DNA of 64,000 bases from positions 1 through 64,000 of the forward strand of contig JBGAGQ010000005.1 in NCBI GenBank assembly GCA_044226625.1, in the 5' to 3' direction. A program made the translations under genes and the position numbers. Positions 22,014 to 32,471 of this stretch are shown here, one piece after another. The notes under the pieces are model-generated. The model saw only the letters and a list, made by a program, of their open reading frames with translations. It was not told the origin of the DNA and did no database searches. The stretch is from Thermoanaerobaculia bacterium. GTDB taxonomy: Bacteria; Acidobacteriota; Thermoanaerobaculia; Multivoradales; UBA5704. The stretch's first letter is position 1; every line of letters starts with the position of its first letter.

Positions 22014-22590
22014 ATGCCGAAGAAAAGCGAAAACGGGCCCCGGTTTTTCCCTCGCCCCGAAGACTTCCGCGCTTGGCTCGCTACCCATCACGCGACGGCG
22101 GACAGCCTGTTTGGTCGGTTTCTACCGGCGCGACTCGGGGCTTCCGAGCTTGACCTGGCAAGAGTCGGTCGACGAGGCGCTCTGCCACGGTTGGATCGAC
22201 GGCGTGAGAAAGCGCCGGGACGAGACGAGCTACACGATCCGTTTCACTCGCCGACGGCCGGCGAGCATCTGGAGCGCGATCAACATCGGGCGCATGAACG
22301 AGCTGATCGCCGAAGGCCGGGTGCGGCCCGCCGGGCTCGCCGCCTTCGAGCGCCGTACGGAGAAGCGGTCCCAGGTCTACGCCTACGAACAGCGCGACCG
22401 GGCCGCCTTCGATGCCGAGACCGAACGCCGCTTCCGCGCGGAGGCGGCCGCCTGGGCGTTCTTCGTCGCCCAGCCGCCGGGCTATCGGCAGCTCGCGACC
22501 TATTGGGTGATGACCGCGAAAAAGGAAGAGACGCGCGCCCGGCGCCTCGCCAAACTGATCGACTTTTCCTGCCGGGGCCAGCGGATCTGA
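22014..22590 (+). pseudogene. YdeI/OmpD-associated (bacteriocin-protection) family protein with a +1 frameshift near 22110
   Basis: FRAWLATHH in one frame continues as LVGFYRRDSG..ESVDEALCHGWIDG..RFTRRR..SIWSAIN..AKKEETRARRL in another; extra T in CTGTTTGGTC. Confidence 0.8.
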
Positions 22591-22647
22591 GCGCGCTTCG
22601 CGGTTCGGCTGGAACGGCTACAATATGAAGCACCCTCGGGAGATCTA

Positions 22648-23652
22648 ATGCGCGCACGTCGCCTCGACCTCAGCCCTCTGTTGGACGCCTTCGGCGCGGC
22701 GCTGGTCGCCGTCGTTCTCGCCTTTCTCGTCACCGCGGTTCCCGCGGCGGCGGCCAAAGATCGAATTTTCGAGCTGACCGACCCGCGGGGCGACGACCAC
22801 GGTGACGGCTCGCTTCGATATCCGCTCCGGTATTACGGGCTCGCGGCGGGCGACCTCGATCTAACCTCGTTCTCCGCCCGGGCGGTGTCCGGCGGTACGG
22901 AGTTCGAGGTGGGCTTCGCGAGTCCCGTTCGTGCGACCGGGCGGCGGACGATCGACATCGGAGGAACGAATCTCGACTCGGTCGCCCGATTCGGTTTCTA
23001 TACCGTCAACGTCGACGTTTACATCGACACCGACCGAAAGGCGGGCTCCGGGGCGACGAACACGCTGCCCGGCCGCCGCGCCGAGATCGATCCCGCGTTC
23101 GCCTGGGAACGGGCGGTTGCCCTCACGCCGAGACCGTTCGACGCGAAGACGACCTTGAAACGAATCCTGCTCCGGTCCCTCAAAGAGGAGCTGCGCGCCA
23201 AAGACGGCGGCCTCAGCCGCGACCAGGCGGAGTTGATCCAGACCACGCTTCCGGGTGACCTCGAAGCGCACATCTTCTTCCCTAACCGGATCAAGACCTC
23301 CGGCCGGACGATCAAGTTCTTCGTTCCCGACGATTTCCTGGGCGCGACGGCGAGCGCGGATTGGGCCTACACGATCGTCGTCACCGCCTGCGACATCGAT
23401 CAGCGGTTCGACTTGGGCGACCGCCTCCCGACCCGCCGGGACGCCGACAATCTGTTCATCCTGCCGCTCGCGCCGGGCGGCAACGAGGACAAGATTGGCG
23501 GGGGGCAGGAGGACGACGATCTGCAGCCACCGATCATGGACCTCGTGGTGCCGGCCGGATTCACCCAGGAGAAAATCCTGCGCGACTACGATCTCGGCAA
23601 AGAGCGTCCCGTCCGGCTGCCCGGGGTCGTGCCCGCAAACGCCGGCAAATGA
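22648..23652 (+). CDS. Secreted glucodextranase DOMON-like (Glucodextran_C) domain protein
   Basis: Signal peptide; DPRGDDHGDG..YP, DLTSF, NVDVYIDTD, LPGR, AWE. Confidence 0.75.
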   Translation: MRARRLDLSPLLDAFGAALVAVVLAFLVTAVPAAAAKDRIFELTDPRGDDHGDGSLRYPLRYYGLAAGDLDLTSFSARAVSGGTEFEVGFASPVRATGRRTIDIGGTNLDSVARFGFYTVNVDVYIDTDRKAGSGATNTLPGRRAEIDPAFAWERAVALTPRPFDAKTTLKRILLRSLKEELRAKDGGLSRDQAELIQTTLPGDLEAHIFFPNRIKTSGRTIKFFVPDDFLGATASADWAYTIVVTACDIDQRFDLGDRLPTRRDADNLFILPLAPGGNEDKIGGGQEDDDLQPPIMDLVVPAGFTQEKILRDYDLGKERPVRLPGVVPANAGK

Positions 23653-23686
23653 TCCGTCTGGGCGCGGCGGCCGAGCCCCGCCACGC

Positions 23687-24883
23687 CTAGTGGCGCGCCG
23701 TCCCTTTCTGCAGGCGTACGCGCCCCCCGCCTCGGACATCCACCGCGACGCCACGCCAGGCTTCTTCGTCGGGCAAGTTGGAGTAGTAGCCGAGCACGTA
23801 CTGGTTGCGGAGCTCGTCGAGAATCGAGGAGAGCGCGCCCGCCATCTGATCGATCGAATCGATCACCTCGATCCGCCCTCCGCTCTCTTCCACAGCGCGT
23901 TCGAGGCCGGAGCGCTCCCGGTCGTTCGTTCGGGCGTCGCGCCAGATCGACCAGCGATAGATGAGGCCGAGCCGTTCCTCTTCACGCCGTAGCCGAATCC
24001 AGTAGAGGGCCATCGGCTCGCGCTCCAGCCGGCTGCGGATCCAGGCGATCGGCAAGACGCTCTCGATCTCCCCGCCGTCGGAAAGCAGCACGATCACTCG
24101 CCGCCCCTGCCGCGGCGCGAGCCGTTCGATCGCCACGTAAAGCGCGTCGTTGAGCGCGGTGCCTCCGCTCGCCCGCGCGCCGTTGAGTGCGAGGTCGAGA
24201 ACGCCGGGAACGCTGGTGAACGGAGTCTCGAGCTGCAACCGATCCGAGAACAGGAGCAGCTTCGCTTCGTCGAGCGGGCGCATCGCGCGCAGGAAGGAGC
24301 GCGCTCCGTCGAGCGCCGACTTTAAGCGGTCGCCCTCCATGCTGCGGCTCGAATCGACCAGAAGCGTGGCGGTGAACGGGATGTCGCCGCGCTCGAAGGT
24401 GACGATTTCCGGGCGCCCGCCGCCCCGCTCGCGGATCGTGAAATCGCTCTTCTCGAGCCGCTGATCTCCGCCCGAGACGGTGACGTAAAGCTGCCGCAGC
24501 AGGACCTCGATGGTGAGGTCCGTGGCGATGCTCGGCGTGCGGATCGAGGCGCTCGCGAGCGGTGCGCCGCCGCCGCCATAGCCGACCGCCTCGAAACGGT
24601 GGCCGACGTTGTCTTGGCCGACGTCGACGAGAAGGCGGAACGGCGCTTTTTCGGCGCTTCCCGCGCGCTTTCCATCGAGAAAGAACTCGACCCGAGAAAC
24701 ACCGCTCCCAGGCGGCGCGTCGACCCGCATCTCGACGGTGCCGAACGCCGCCTGATCGGCCGGCGGGCTCGTAAAGGTAAGAACCGCGGCGCCGAGCGGC
24801 GCGGCGAGGGTTACACCGACCAAGAGGCCAGCCAACAGGAGGCCTCCGAACGAGAAGCCCTCGCGGGAGCGACGGGCGCTCAT
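23687..24883 (-). CDS. Secreted Ig-like + VWA domain protein
   Basis: Signal peptide; VEFFLDG..PF Ig-like segment; MIDAS DSSRSM; GGTALNDAL; LLSDG; ELRNQYVLGY. Confidence 0.85.
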   Translation of the reverse strand: MSARRSREGFSFGGLLLAGLLVGVTLAAPLGAAVLTFTSPPADQAAFGTVEMRVDAPPGSGVSRVEFFLDGKRAGSAEKAPFRLLVDVGQDNVGHRFEAVGYGGGGAPLASASIRTPSIATDLTIEVLLRQLYVTVSGGDQRLEKSDFTIRERGGGRPEIVTFERGDIPFTATLLVDSSRSMEGDRLKSALDGARSFLRAMRPLDEAKLLLFSDRLQLETPFTSVPGVLDLALNGARASGGTALNDALYVAIERLAPRQGRRVIVLLSDGGEIESVLPIAWIRSRLEREPMALYWIRLRREEERLGLIYRWSIWRDARTNDRERSGLERAVEESGGRIEVIDSIDQMAGALSSILDELRNQYVLGYYSNLPDEEAWRGVAVDVRGGGRVRLQKGTARH

Positions 24884-27096
24884 CGGTCGCCCCATGGTGC
24901 GCCGGCCGGCAGAGCGGTCGCGAGGGCGGCCAGGCGATCCTTGCCCGCCTTCTCGAGCTCGAGCCAAAGCGCCTCGATCCGCTCGCGCGGCAGTTGGTCG
25001 TAGCGGAGACGCGGCGCAAGTTGCGGCCCTTCCGCCGGAGCCCAGGCGGCCAGCCGAGCCTTCGCCTCCCTCGCCTCGTCCGGCGGGGTTTTGAGCCGGT
25101 CGGAGAGCGCGGCGGAGAGCAGGATGAGCTTTTCGTCCTCGGGAAAGGCGCGGAGGCCGTTCGCGAGGGTCCGGGAGGCGCCGGCCAGATCCCTCCCCTC
25201 GATCTGGAGCCGGGCGAGCTCTTGCGCCGCGAGGGCGAGCGGCCAGGTCGCCCGCTCCGACGGAAGCGCTCCCTGCGTATTGGCACTTTCCGGGTTCCCC
25301 GCTTTTGCAGCGGTCCCTGCCACCTGCGCGAGAAGCCGCTCGAACCGTTCGCGGGCGTCTTTCGTACGGCCGAGCCGGGCCGCGTTGATCGCGAGACGCA
25401 CGGCGGCCTCCGGTTCGAGGCGACCTCGCGCCTCGAGCTTTTCGAGCCCCGCGACCGCCGCTTCGTAGCGTCCGTGACGCTCGTCGACCTGGGCCTGGGC
25501 GAGCAGCGCTTCCGGTAGTTCCGGATCGAGCTCCAGGGCGCGCTTGAGCTCGGCCTCGATCAGAGTCGTGAGGCCGCTGCGATCGAGATTCGGTGTCAGG
25601 CTGATCAAAAAACCGGCCGCCAGGCGGCGTCCCTCGGGGGTGGGAACAGCTTGCGCGTACAGCTCGGCGAGGCTTCCCACGAGGAGCATCGCGTACATCG
25701 CGGGCTGGCGCAGGCCGCGCTTCTGGTAGGTGCCGTGCAGCTGACGGTACAAACCCATCACCGGAATCAGACTCTCCGGATCGCGCAGTTTGAGCAGGCG
25801 CAGGATCGCCCCTTCGAGCACGATCAGCTCTTCGCGGGCTGCCGCTTTCGGGCCGGAAAGGAGGGGCACCTCGAAGGCGGCGATCTCATCGGCCACTTGG
25901 TCGATGTCCTTTTCGGGGAGCCGGGAGAGAATCCGAGCGTACGTGGCGCGCAGAGCCGACGCTTCGGAGCGCCGCCAGCGTCCGGTCGCGGTTTCCTCCG
26001 CGGCAGCTCCGGCGGCCTTCTCACCGCCCACGGAAGCAGTGGAAGTGCCGACGCTCTCGCGCTCGGCCCAGCTCGCGGCGAACTCCTCGGCCGAGACGAG
26101 GTCGAAGATGAGATCGGGCTGCGCACCGAACGGCGCGCCCGGTTCGGCGACGCGGAGCTCGTAACGGCCGGCGGAAAGGCCGCGGGTCGGAATCGAAACG
26201 TCGATGCGTTCGAAACCCTCCTCTTGGCCGGTCGCCGTGACGCTCGCGGTCGGTTCGGTCCCGGTCGCCGCCCCGGTCGCGCGCAGCTCGAACCTCGTCT
26301 CGAGCGTCGGCCGCGGCGCCCGGCCCCCGAGCGAGAAGAGCGCCACCGGCACGTCGCCCTCGAGGCGAACGAGTGCCCGGCGCGAAAGCGGCCAGAAGGA
26401 AGGCAAGCCGAGGGAGGGAGCGTCGAGCGAGGAAACGGTGAGCCAGTCCGAGCCCGAGCCCGGCGCGAACCCCGGCACTGACCGTGGGGCGCTTGCCGGA
26501 ACGACGAGCTTTTCGGTCGCGAGACCGATCGTCTTCGACGCGGCATGCCCCACGAGGACGCGAAGGCTGTAGACCCCTGGGCGGAGGAAGAATCCGCCGA
26601 AAAAGCGGAGACCGTGGGTGGGCAGCGACTCGGCCGCGCCGGGGATCTCGATCGTCTCGAGCAGCGAGCCGGCGAGCGCACCTCGCTCGTCCAAGGCGTA
26701 GACCGCGACGTCCACCGGAAGCGGTCGGCCCGTCGGATCGGCCGCCGCCGCGAGAGCGCCGCCCGCGGCTTCGATCGTCAGCCCGACCTTCACCCGGCCG
26801 TCGGAAGGTTTCGCCGCAGGGCTCGACGCGCTCGGAGGAGTCGGAAGTGGAAGCGCCAGGACCGCCAGCGCGACCGGTCCGCCTTGCTGGCCGCTCCAGA
26901 GCAGCGCCGCGCTCTCGACCCGAAGCCCGCCGGTGCGCAGCACGCGGATCTCCCGAGCCGGCAGGGATTCGTCGGCCGGTGGGTCGACCGGTTCCACGGA
27001 TTCCCGCCCCGACCCCGGCTCCTGCGCGGTCAAGGCGGAAGCGAGACCGAGGCCCGCCGCGAGGCAGAGCACGAGGCGGCGACGGCTGCGCGTCAT
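24880..27096 (-). CDS. Secreted protein with beta-sandwich N-terminus and C-terminal TPRs
   Basis: Signal peptide; PGVYSLRVLV and GRYELRV strands; TPR-like helices (RALELDPE, EAAVRLAINAARLG); ATGA overlaps on both sides. Confidence 0.75.
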   Translation of the reverse strand: MTRSRRRLVLCLAAGLGLASALTAQEPGSGRESVEPVDPPADESLPAREIRVLRTGGLRVESAALLWSGQQGGPVALAVLALPLPTPPSASSPAAKPSDGRVKVGLTIEAAGGALAAAADPTGRPLPVDVAVYALDERGALAGSLLETIEIPGAAESLPTHGLRFFGGFFLRPGVYSLRVLVGHAASKTIGLATEKLVVPASAPRSVPGFAPGSGSDWLTVSSLDAPSLGLPSFWPLSRRALVRLEGDVPVALFSLGGRAPRPTLETRFELRATGAATGTEPTASVTATGQEEGFERIDVSIPTRGLSAGRYELRVAEPGAPFGAQPDLIFDLVSAEEFAASWAERESVGTSTASVGGEKAAGAAAEETATGRWRRSEASALRATYARILSRLPEKDIDQVADEIAAFEVPLLSGPKAAAREELIVLEGAILRLLKLRDPESLIPVMGLYRQLHGTYQKRGLRQPAMYAMLLVGSLAELYAQAVPTPEGRRLAAGFLISLTPNLDRSGLTTLIEAELKRALELDPELPEALLAQAQVDERHGRYEAAVAGLEKLEARGRLEPEAAVRLAINAARLGRTKDARERFERLLAQVAGTAAKAGNPESANTQGALPSERATWPLALAAQELARLQIEGRDLAGASRTLANGLRAFPEDEKLILLSAALSDRLKTPPDEAREAKARLAAWAPAEGPQLAPRLRYDQLPRERIEALWLELEKAGKDRLAALATALPAGAPWGDR

Positions 27097-28994
27097 CGGC
27101 CTCCGGGAGCGCCCGGAGTCGCCGCGGGTGTGGCCGCGCGAGTGGCGGCGGGCGCGAAGTCGGTCTGGACTACCGCTTCGGCGCGGCCCAGGTCGTCCCA
27201 GACGCCGGCGGCGATGCGATGCGGGCCCGGGCGTACCACCAACGTGACGCGAACTCCGACCGTCTGGCCGAGGGCCGTGAGCAGATTCTCGTTCGGAACG
27301 CGGATCGGCGCGTCGACGATCGTGATCGCCGAGAGGCGCTCCTTCGCGTCCTTCGCTCCGACGTAGATGCGCAGCTTGCCTTCGTGGACGTTCTCCTGCG
27401 GCAGCAGCACCAGCTTGGCCATGGGGACCTTGACCAACAGCGCGAGCTCGACCGAGCTCCCTTGGCCCGGACGTTCGGCTTCGATCTCGAGCGCGGCGTC
27501 GAGCGGGTTATCCTCGGCTTCGGCCTCACGTGGGGACCGGAGTAGCAGGGCGGTCGCGGTCCGCTCCTTCATCCGTTCGTCGGTCGTCTGGTCCCGATCC
27601 GCCTCGCGGTGGCGGACGCGGTAGCGCCGATCGCGCATGCGCACGTCGAGGGCGTGGAACTTCTTGTCGGCGGCCCTCGTCGGCGAGTAGCTCAAGAGAT
27701 ACGAACCGCCGATCTCCCGCTTGATGCGATCCAGGAAGCGGCCGGGATCGGCGTTCGGCGTGGCCGCCAGCCCTCCCGTGCCCGCGGCGGCGATCTGAAG
27801 CCCGAAGCCGCGCGAGAGCTCCTCGCTGCGCGCGAGGTCGGTCGGCAGCAGGTTGTCGCCGGGGTTCTCGGCCGAAACGCCGAGGCTCGCGTCGGGGAGC
27901 GCGAGGCCGTAGATCGTCACCCGCTTGGCGTTGGCTCGTTGGGTCAGATCTTCGATCTTGGAAGTCGTGTCGTCGCGGAACCCCTCGACCGTGTTCATCA
28001 TGTCCTGGTAATCGGTCCCCTCGTACTTGCGGCGGAAGACCTCGATCAGCATGTCGGCCGGCCGGAGCGACAGACCCCCTCCGACCCAGAGAAGCGCGCG
28101 GCGACCGGGCAGCCCGGACATCGCGTCGACGACCGAGGCGAGAGCCGCGATCGTCTGCCGGTCCTGGGCGTTCTGTTGCTGGGCGAAGAGGCGGATTCCC
28201 GATTCGACGGAGCGCGCCTCCATCTCCGAGCTGTCGGGCCGCTCGCCTCCGGAGGGCAGGCTCGCTCGTTGGATCTCCTCGAGCAAGCGGCGCCGCGCAG
28301 CGGCGGCATCGAGGCCGCGCGCCGGACGGTCCATCTCCTCCTTGAGCGCCTTGCGTAGCGCCTCGGCGTCGCCCGGCGGGATCTCGGTGAGGCGCAGGCC
28401 GCCGTCGAAACCCGCAAGCAGGATGTGATCGTTCCTGCCGGTCCGCGCCTCGAAGAAATTCTGCAGGGAATCGCCCAGCCTCGTTCGCGCGAACGGCGGC
28501 AGGCTCAGGTGATCGACGAACACGGCAATTTGAAGCCGCCCCTCCGGCCGGTCGTCGAGCGTGCCGGTGCGCGGGATCGCGGAGACCGCAGCGGCGGGCG
28601 CGGGCTCCTGCCCAGCTGTCGGCGCGGGCGCTTCCCCACCTTCGCCCTCCGCGCCGACGGCCACCCCCGGTCCGTAGAAATGGCTGATCTCGACGCGCTT
28701 TCCGTCTTCGAACAGCTCGAAGTCGGAGGCGGTGAGACCGGACACCGGCTCTCCTTTGGCATCCGTCACGACGACTTCGACGTTGACCAGCCGGACGTCG
28801 ACCGAGGCGAAGAAGGTCGAATCCTCCGGCGCCGCCTCCTCGGCGGCCGGGGGAGGGCTCGGCTTTTTCTGGGCGGCGGCAGGCGCCGCGGCGAGGCCTG
28901 AGGTTCCGGACGCGGCGAACCAGAGCGCCAGGATGCCGAAACCGACGTGGGTGAGAGCGGCTCTACGGAGCGGACGGGCGGTCGAAGTCGACAC
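27093..28994 (-). CDS. VWFA-related Acidobacterial domain protein
   Basis: VDVRLVNVEVVVTD..G.PV.GL...DFELFEDGK, LPGRRALLWVGGG, TGG, YLLSYSP, FHALDVR; GTG start inferred. Confidence 0.85.
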   Translation of the reverse strand: MSTSTARPLRRAALTHVGFGILALWFAASGTSGLAAAPAAAQKKPSPPPAAEEAAPEDSTFFASVDVRLVNVEVVVTDAKGEPVSGLTASDFELFEDGKRVEISHFYGPGVAVGAEGEGGEAPAPTAGQEPAPAAAVSAIPRTGTLDDRPEGRLQIAVFVDHLSLPPFARTRLGDSLQNFFEARTGRNDHILLAGFDGGLRLTEIPPGDAEALRKALKEEMDRPARGLDAAAARRRLLEEIQRASLPSGGERPDSSEMEARSVESGIRLFAQQQNAQDRQTIAALASVVDAMSGLPGRRALLWVGGGLSLRPADMLIEVFRRKYEGTDYQDMMNTVEGFRDDTTSKIEDLTQRANAKRVTIYGLALPDASLGVSAENPGDNLLPTDLARSEELSRGFGLQIAAAGTGGLAATPNADPGRFLDRIKREIGGSYLLSYSPTRAADKKFHALDVRMRDRRYRVRHREADRDQTTDERMKERTATALLLRSPREAEAEDNPLDAALEIEAERPGQGSSVELALLVKVPMAKLVLLPQENVHEGKLRIYVGAKDAKERLSAITIVDAPIRVPNENLLTALGQTVGVRVTLVVRPGPHRIAAGVWDDLGRAEAVVQTDFAPAATRAATPAATPGAPGGR

Positions 28995-29128
28995 GTTCGG
29001 CGGCGCCTCCTGGGTTGGTGTTCTTAGGTCCGGATCGTACACCGCTAGGCCCGACTCGAAGCGTGCGCCGGGGCGAGTTGCCGGAACGGCGCCGCGACGG
29101 TCCGCGCGCTGGCGTGGCCTAAGCCGCC

Positions 29129-30853
29129 CTAGAAACGCCAGACGCCGGTCGAATAGGGGGGCAGCTTGATTCGCGTACCGGTCTTGCCGCCGCTCGGCGG
29201 GGCGATCCCTGGCGAGACGAACAGCGGCTCGAAGCGGGCGCCGACGAAGAACGGGCCGGCTTCGACCTCGACGCCGGAGAGATTGTGGACGACGAGAGAA
29301 TGCGCCCCCTCGTAGCGCAGCAGGTAGCTCAGCACGGCGGCCAGCTGACCCGGAGGCTTCACCCGCTCCATAGTGCCATAGCGGAGCGAGTTGGAGCGGT
29401 GGCGGGCGCGGATCAACAGGCGGTAGGTGGAGAGGAGCGAGTTGGGATCGGCGCTCTGGGCGGCGACGTTCGCCCTCTCGTGGCCGGGCGCGAGCCCCTG
29501 CCAGGGCTTGCCCGTGGTGAACCCACCGGTCGCGGAGGCGTCCCAAGGCATCGGCGTCCTTTTGAGCTCGTCTTGTCCCCCGGGTCCGTTCTGGAGCCCG
29601 AGCTCTTCGCCGTAATAGACGAACGGCGTCCCCGGAAGCGTGAGAAGGATCGCCGCCGCGAGCTTCAAGCGCGCCGGGTCGTTCGTCAGCTCGGTGGCGA
29701 TCCGGATCATGTCGTGATTGGTGAGAAAGGTCCCGTCGAGCGCGCCTTTCGGGTAGAGCTTTGCCCTCGCGTCGAGGGCGGCCTGGATCGCCTCCGGATC
29801 CCCGGCCTTGAGCGACGACAGGATCGCGCTCGCGAGCGGGAAGTCGAAGCTCATCGGCAGCTCGTCGCCGCCCGCCACCTTGGCGGCCGAACCGTAGTAG
29901 CGCGCGATCCGTTCGGCGTCGGTCCAGTTTTCGCCGACCAGCAGAGCCTGGGGATTCGCCTTCCGCACCGCGGCGGAGAGCTCCTTCAGGAAGTCGTGCG
30001 TCTCCGTGGTGTCCACCTGGGCGTCCGCCGCGCCGTTTTCGATCAAATGCCGGGTGGCGTCTAGGCGGAATCCGTCCACCCCCCGGTCGAGCCAGAGCTT
30101 GGTGATGCGGGCGACCTCGGCGCGCACGGCGGGGTTTCGTAGATTGAGGTCCGGCATGCCGCCCCAGAAGACTCCGTAGTAGTAACCGCTCTTCCCCTTG
30201 TGCCAGGTGGCGTTGCCGTTGCCCCACGGGGTCGTCCAATGCGGGTCGTCGCCGCGCCAGACGTACCAGTCGCGCTTGGGAGCGGCGGTCGAGCCGTCGG
30301 CTTCCTTGAACCAGGTGTTCTCGGTGCTCGTGTGGTTGATCGGCAGGTCGAGGATCACCTTCATCCCGCGCCGGTGCGCCTCGGCGATCAGGCGGGAGAA
30401 ATCCGCCTCGGTGCCGTAGGCGGGTTGGATCGTCTCGTAATCGGTGACGTCGTAGCCGTGGTACGACGGCGAAGCGAAGATCGGCATCAGCCAGAGCGCG
30501 TCGACATTCAGGTCGCCCGTGCTCTTGGGGTCGCCGTCGTTCAGGTAGTCGAGCTTGGAGATCAGGCCAGGCAGGTCGCCCACCCCGTCGCCGTTCGAAT
30601 CTGCGAAGCTCCTCACGAAAACCTCGTAGAACACCGCGCCGCGAGCCCAGGTGAGCTGCCAGGCGTCCGCGGGCAGGGGATTGACCGAGGGATCGAGCGT
30701 GGGATTGGGAACGGCCTCGGAGCTTTCCGGTGCCGCGACCGGGGGAGGACCAGGTTCTGTCGCAGGCGTCACTGGCGCAACTTTCGCCGAGGAGGTCAGA
30801 AAGCCGCCGATCCACGCGATGCCTATCGAAGCCGCCACAATCCGAATTCGCAT
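29129..30853 (-). CDS. Secreted alpha-amylase family (GH13) glycoside hydrolase
   Basis: [55 protein letters not shown]. Confidence 0.93.
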   Translation of the reverse strand: MRIRIVAASIGIAWIGGFLTSSAKVAPVTPATEPGPPPVAAPESSEAVPNPTLDPSVNPLPADAWQLTWARGAVFYEVFVRSFADSNGDGVGDLPGLISKLDYLNDGDPKSTGDLNVDALWLMPIFASPSYHGYDVTDYETIQPAYGTEADFSRLIAEAHRRGMKVILDLPINHTSTENTWFKEADGSTAAPKRDWYVWRGDDPHWTTPWGNGNATWHKGKSGYYYGVFWGGMPDLNLRNPAVRAEVARITKLWLDRGVDGFRLDATRHLIENGAADAQVDTTETHDFLKELSAAVRKANPQALLVGENWTDAERIARYYGSAAKVAGGDELPMSFDFPLASAILSSLKAGDPEAIQAALDARAKLYPKGALDGTFLTNHDMIRIATELTNDPARLKLAAAILLTLPGTPFVYYGEELGLQNGPGGQDELKRTPMPWDASATGGFTTGKPWQGLAPGHERANVAAQSADPNSLLSTYRLLIRARHRSNSLRYGTMERVKPPGQLAAVLSYLLRYEGAHSLVVHNLSGVEVEAGPFFVGARFEPLFVSPGIAPPSGGKTGTRIKLPPYSTGVWRF

Positions 30854-30862
30854 ACCGGTATC

Positions 30863-31432
30863 TTACGGTGCCTTCTTCCCGACCCGTCGGATTTGAGCGG
30901 CGAGATCGGAGCCGCCGAGCCGGGCGACCGGCTCGAGCCGCTCTTCTCGTTCCAGCCTCGCGACGGTCGGGGCGTCGACTCGTTGCAGGGCCGAGCCGTC
31001 CGCGGCGGGGCGCAGGCGAAAGATCTCGGCGCGCAGCGTCTCCAGGGAACCGTCGAGCCCGAGGTCGGGTACCTGCATCGTCACGGTGCCGGAGGCGCCG
31101 AGGTTTCTCGATTCGTTCGGCGCGCCGGATGCCCCGGTTCCGCGGATCTCGAACGGGTCCGGCAACGACCCGACAGCGAGCGCTTCGCCGTCGCGGCTCA
31201 CACGCCAGAGAAACGGGCCAATGGAAGCGTCGGACAGGGTGGCGACCCCGGAAATTTCGGCGGCACCTATCACCCGCGCCGTTCCGGCCTGCGTCACCTC
31301 GAGCGTCAGATGGAGATAACGGGGCGCCGCGGTCGCGACCGCTTCCCGGGGCGTGTCGCGTGCCGATGGTTCGCAGGCGCGCGATCCCAAGAGCAATAGA
31401 AAGAGCGACGCGGCGATCGATAGTGTCTTCAT
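30863..31432 (-). CDS. Hypothetical lipoprotein, paralog of 31531-32415
   Basis: LLLLGSRAC lipobox-like sequence; LAVGSLPDPFEIR motif; GGAGG RBS. Confidence 0.75.
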   Translation of the reverse strand: MKTLSIAASLFLLLLGSRACEPSARDTPREAVATAAPRYLHLTLEVTQAGTARVIGAAEISGVATLSDASIGPFLWRVSRDGEALAVGSLPDPFEIRGTGASGAPNESRNLGASGTVTMQVPDLGLDGSLETLRAEIFRLRPAADGSALQRVDAPTVARLEREERLEPVARLGGSDLAAQIRRVGKKAP

Positions 31433-31530
31433 GTAGGAAGAACCTCCTCTCTCGAGGGCGGCGCCGGCGCGTCGTGAAAGTGGCCGGAGAGGCGAGTCTG
31501 CCCCTCCGGCTCGAAGGCACGCAAGCTCGG

Positions 31531-32415
31531 CTACCGTGGAGGCTCGATCACCCGTTCGAGGGGGAGCGCTCGTTGGCGGATCTGCGGCGCGAGCGTCGCC
31601 GCCGGCAGGGTTGCGAGGACCCGGATCCGGCTTGTCCGTTCAAGGCGGGCGAGCTCCGAGGCGTCGATCTTCGACAAGGCCTGGTCGGGGGACAGCTCGA
31701 CGAGGGAGACGCCGAGCCGCTCGATCCGCGCATCGGATCTCGGCAACGGCACCTGCACGACCACCGTCGCGTTCTTGGCGCGCTCGAAATGGTGCCCCCT
31801 CTGGGTCCCCGGTGGGCTGAATGCGCGCAGCTCGAAAGGATCGGGCACGCCTTGGACCGCGAGCGTGCTCTCACCGTCCTTGACCACGTAGGCGAAATTC
31901 CCCAGTGGCTCGTCGTTGAGCGGTGCCGGACCGGGGACTTCGGCCGCGCTCGCGAGGTCGATCTCGCCGGACGCGCTCACATGGAGCACCAGCTGGAGGT
32001 GCGATCCGGCGACCGCCTCGGCGGCGAGTCTCCCTTTCTGCCCCCCGCCGCCGCTCGGCCGCAGAGCCTTTGCCGCCGCGAAGCTCGGTTGCTCCGCGGC
32101 TGGAGCGGTTGCCGACATTGCGGCAGATGCCGCCCGGAGCGCTTCGTCCATCGTCAGGATCTTGCCGGCAACCGGGGCGAGGACCGGCGCCGCTGGTGTG
32201 CCCTGCATCCGGACTGGTTCGTCGCCCGGCATCGGGACTCCGGTGGCGGGTGCGGAGATAGGCTGGCCCGGCTGGGCCTCGCCCTGTTTCGACTGGGCGC
32301 CCGCGTCGGGCGGCGGTTCTTGGGCGGACGTGGGATAGGGCAGCAACGCCGCGGACCAGAGGCCGGCCACGAGGGCCAGGGTCGATACGCGCCGGGGTTT
32401 TCTCGTTCGTTTCAT
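31531..32415 (-). CDS. Hypothetical secreted protein, paralog of 30863-31432
   Basis: Signal peptide, Pro/Ala linker, then a domain containing LAVQGVPDPFELR. Confidence 0.75.
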   Translation of the reverse strand: MKRTRKPRRVSTLALVAGLWSAALLPYPTSAQEPPPDAGAQSKQGEAQPGQPISAPATGVPMPGDEPVRMQGTPAAPVLAPVAGKILTMDEALRAASAAMSATAPAAEQPSFAAAKALRPSGGGGQKGRLAAEAVAGSHLQLVLHVSASGEIDLASAAEVPGPAPLNDEPLGNFAYVVKDGESTLAVQGVPDPFELRAFSPPGTQRGHHFERAKNATVVVQVPLPRSDARIERLGVSLVELSPDQALSKIDASELARLERTSRIRVLATLPAATLAPQIRQRALPLERVIEPPR

Positions 32416-32471
32416 GACGAAGCTCCTCGATCTCGTCTCAGTTGCAGTCGCATCGGCCGGGGGGCGAACGA

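Noticed and set aside
27093-31520. 1475-aa giant ORF
   Set aside because: The N-terminal ~840 aa are an Arg-rich alternate frame overlapping the amylase and lipoprotein genes; only the VWA part (from about 28994) looks real
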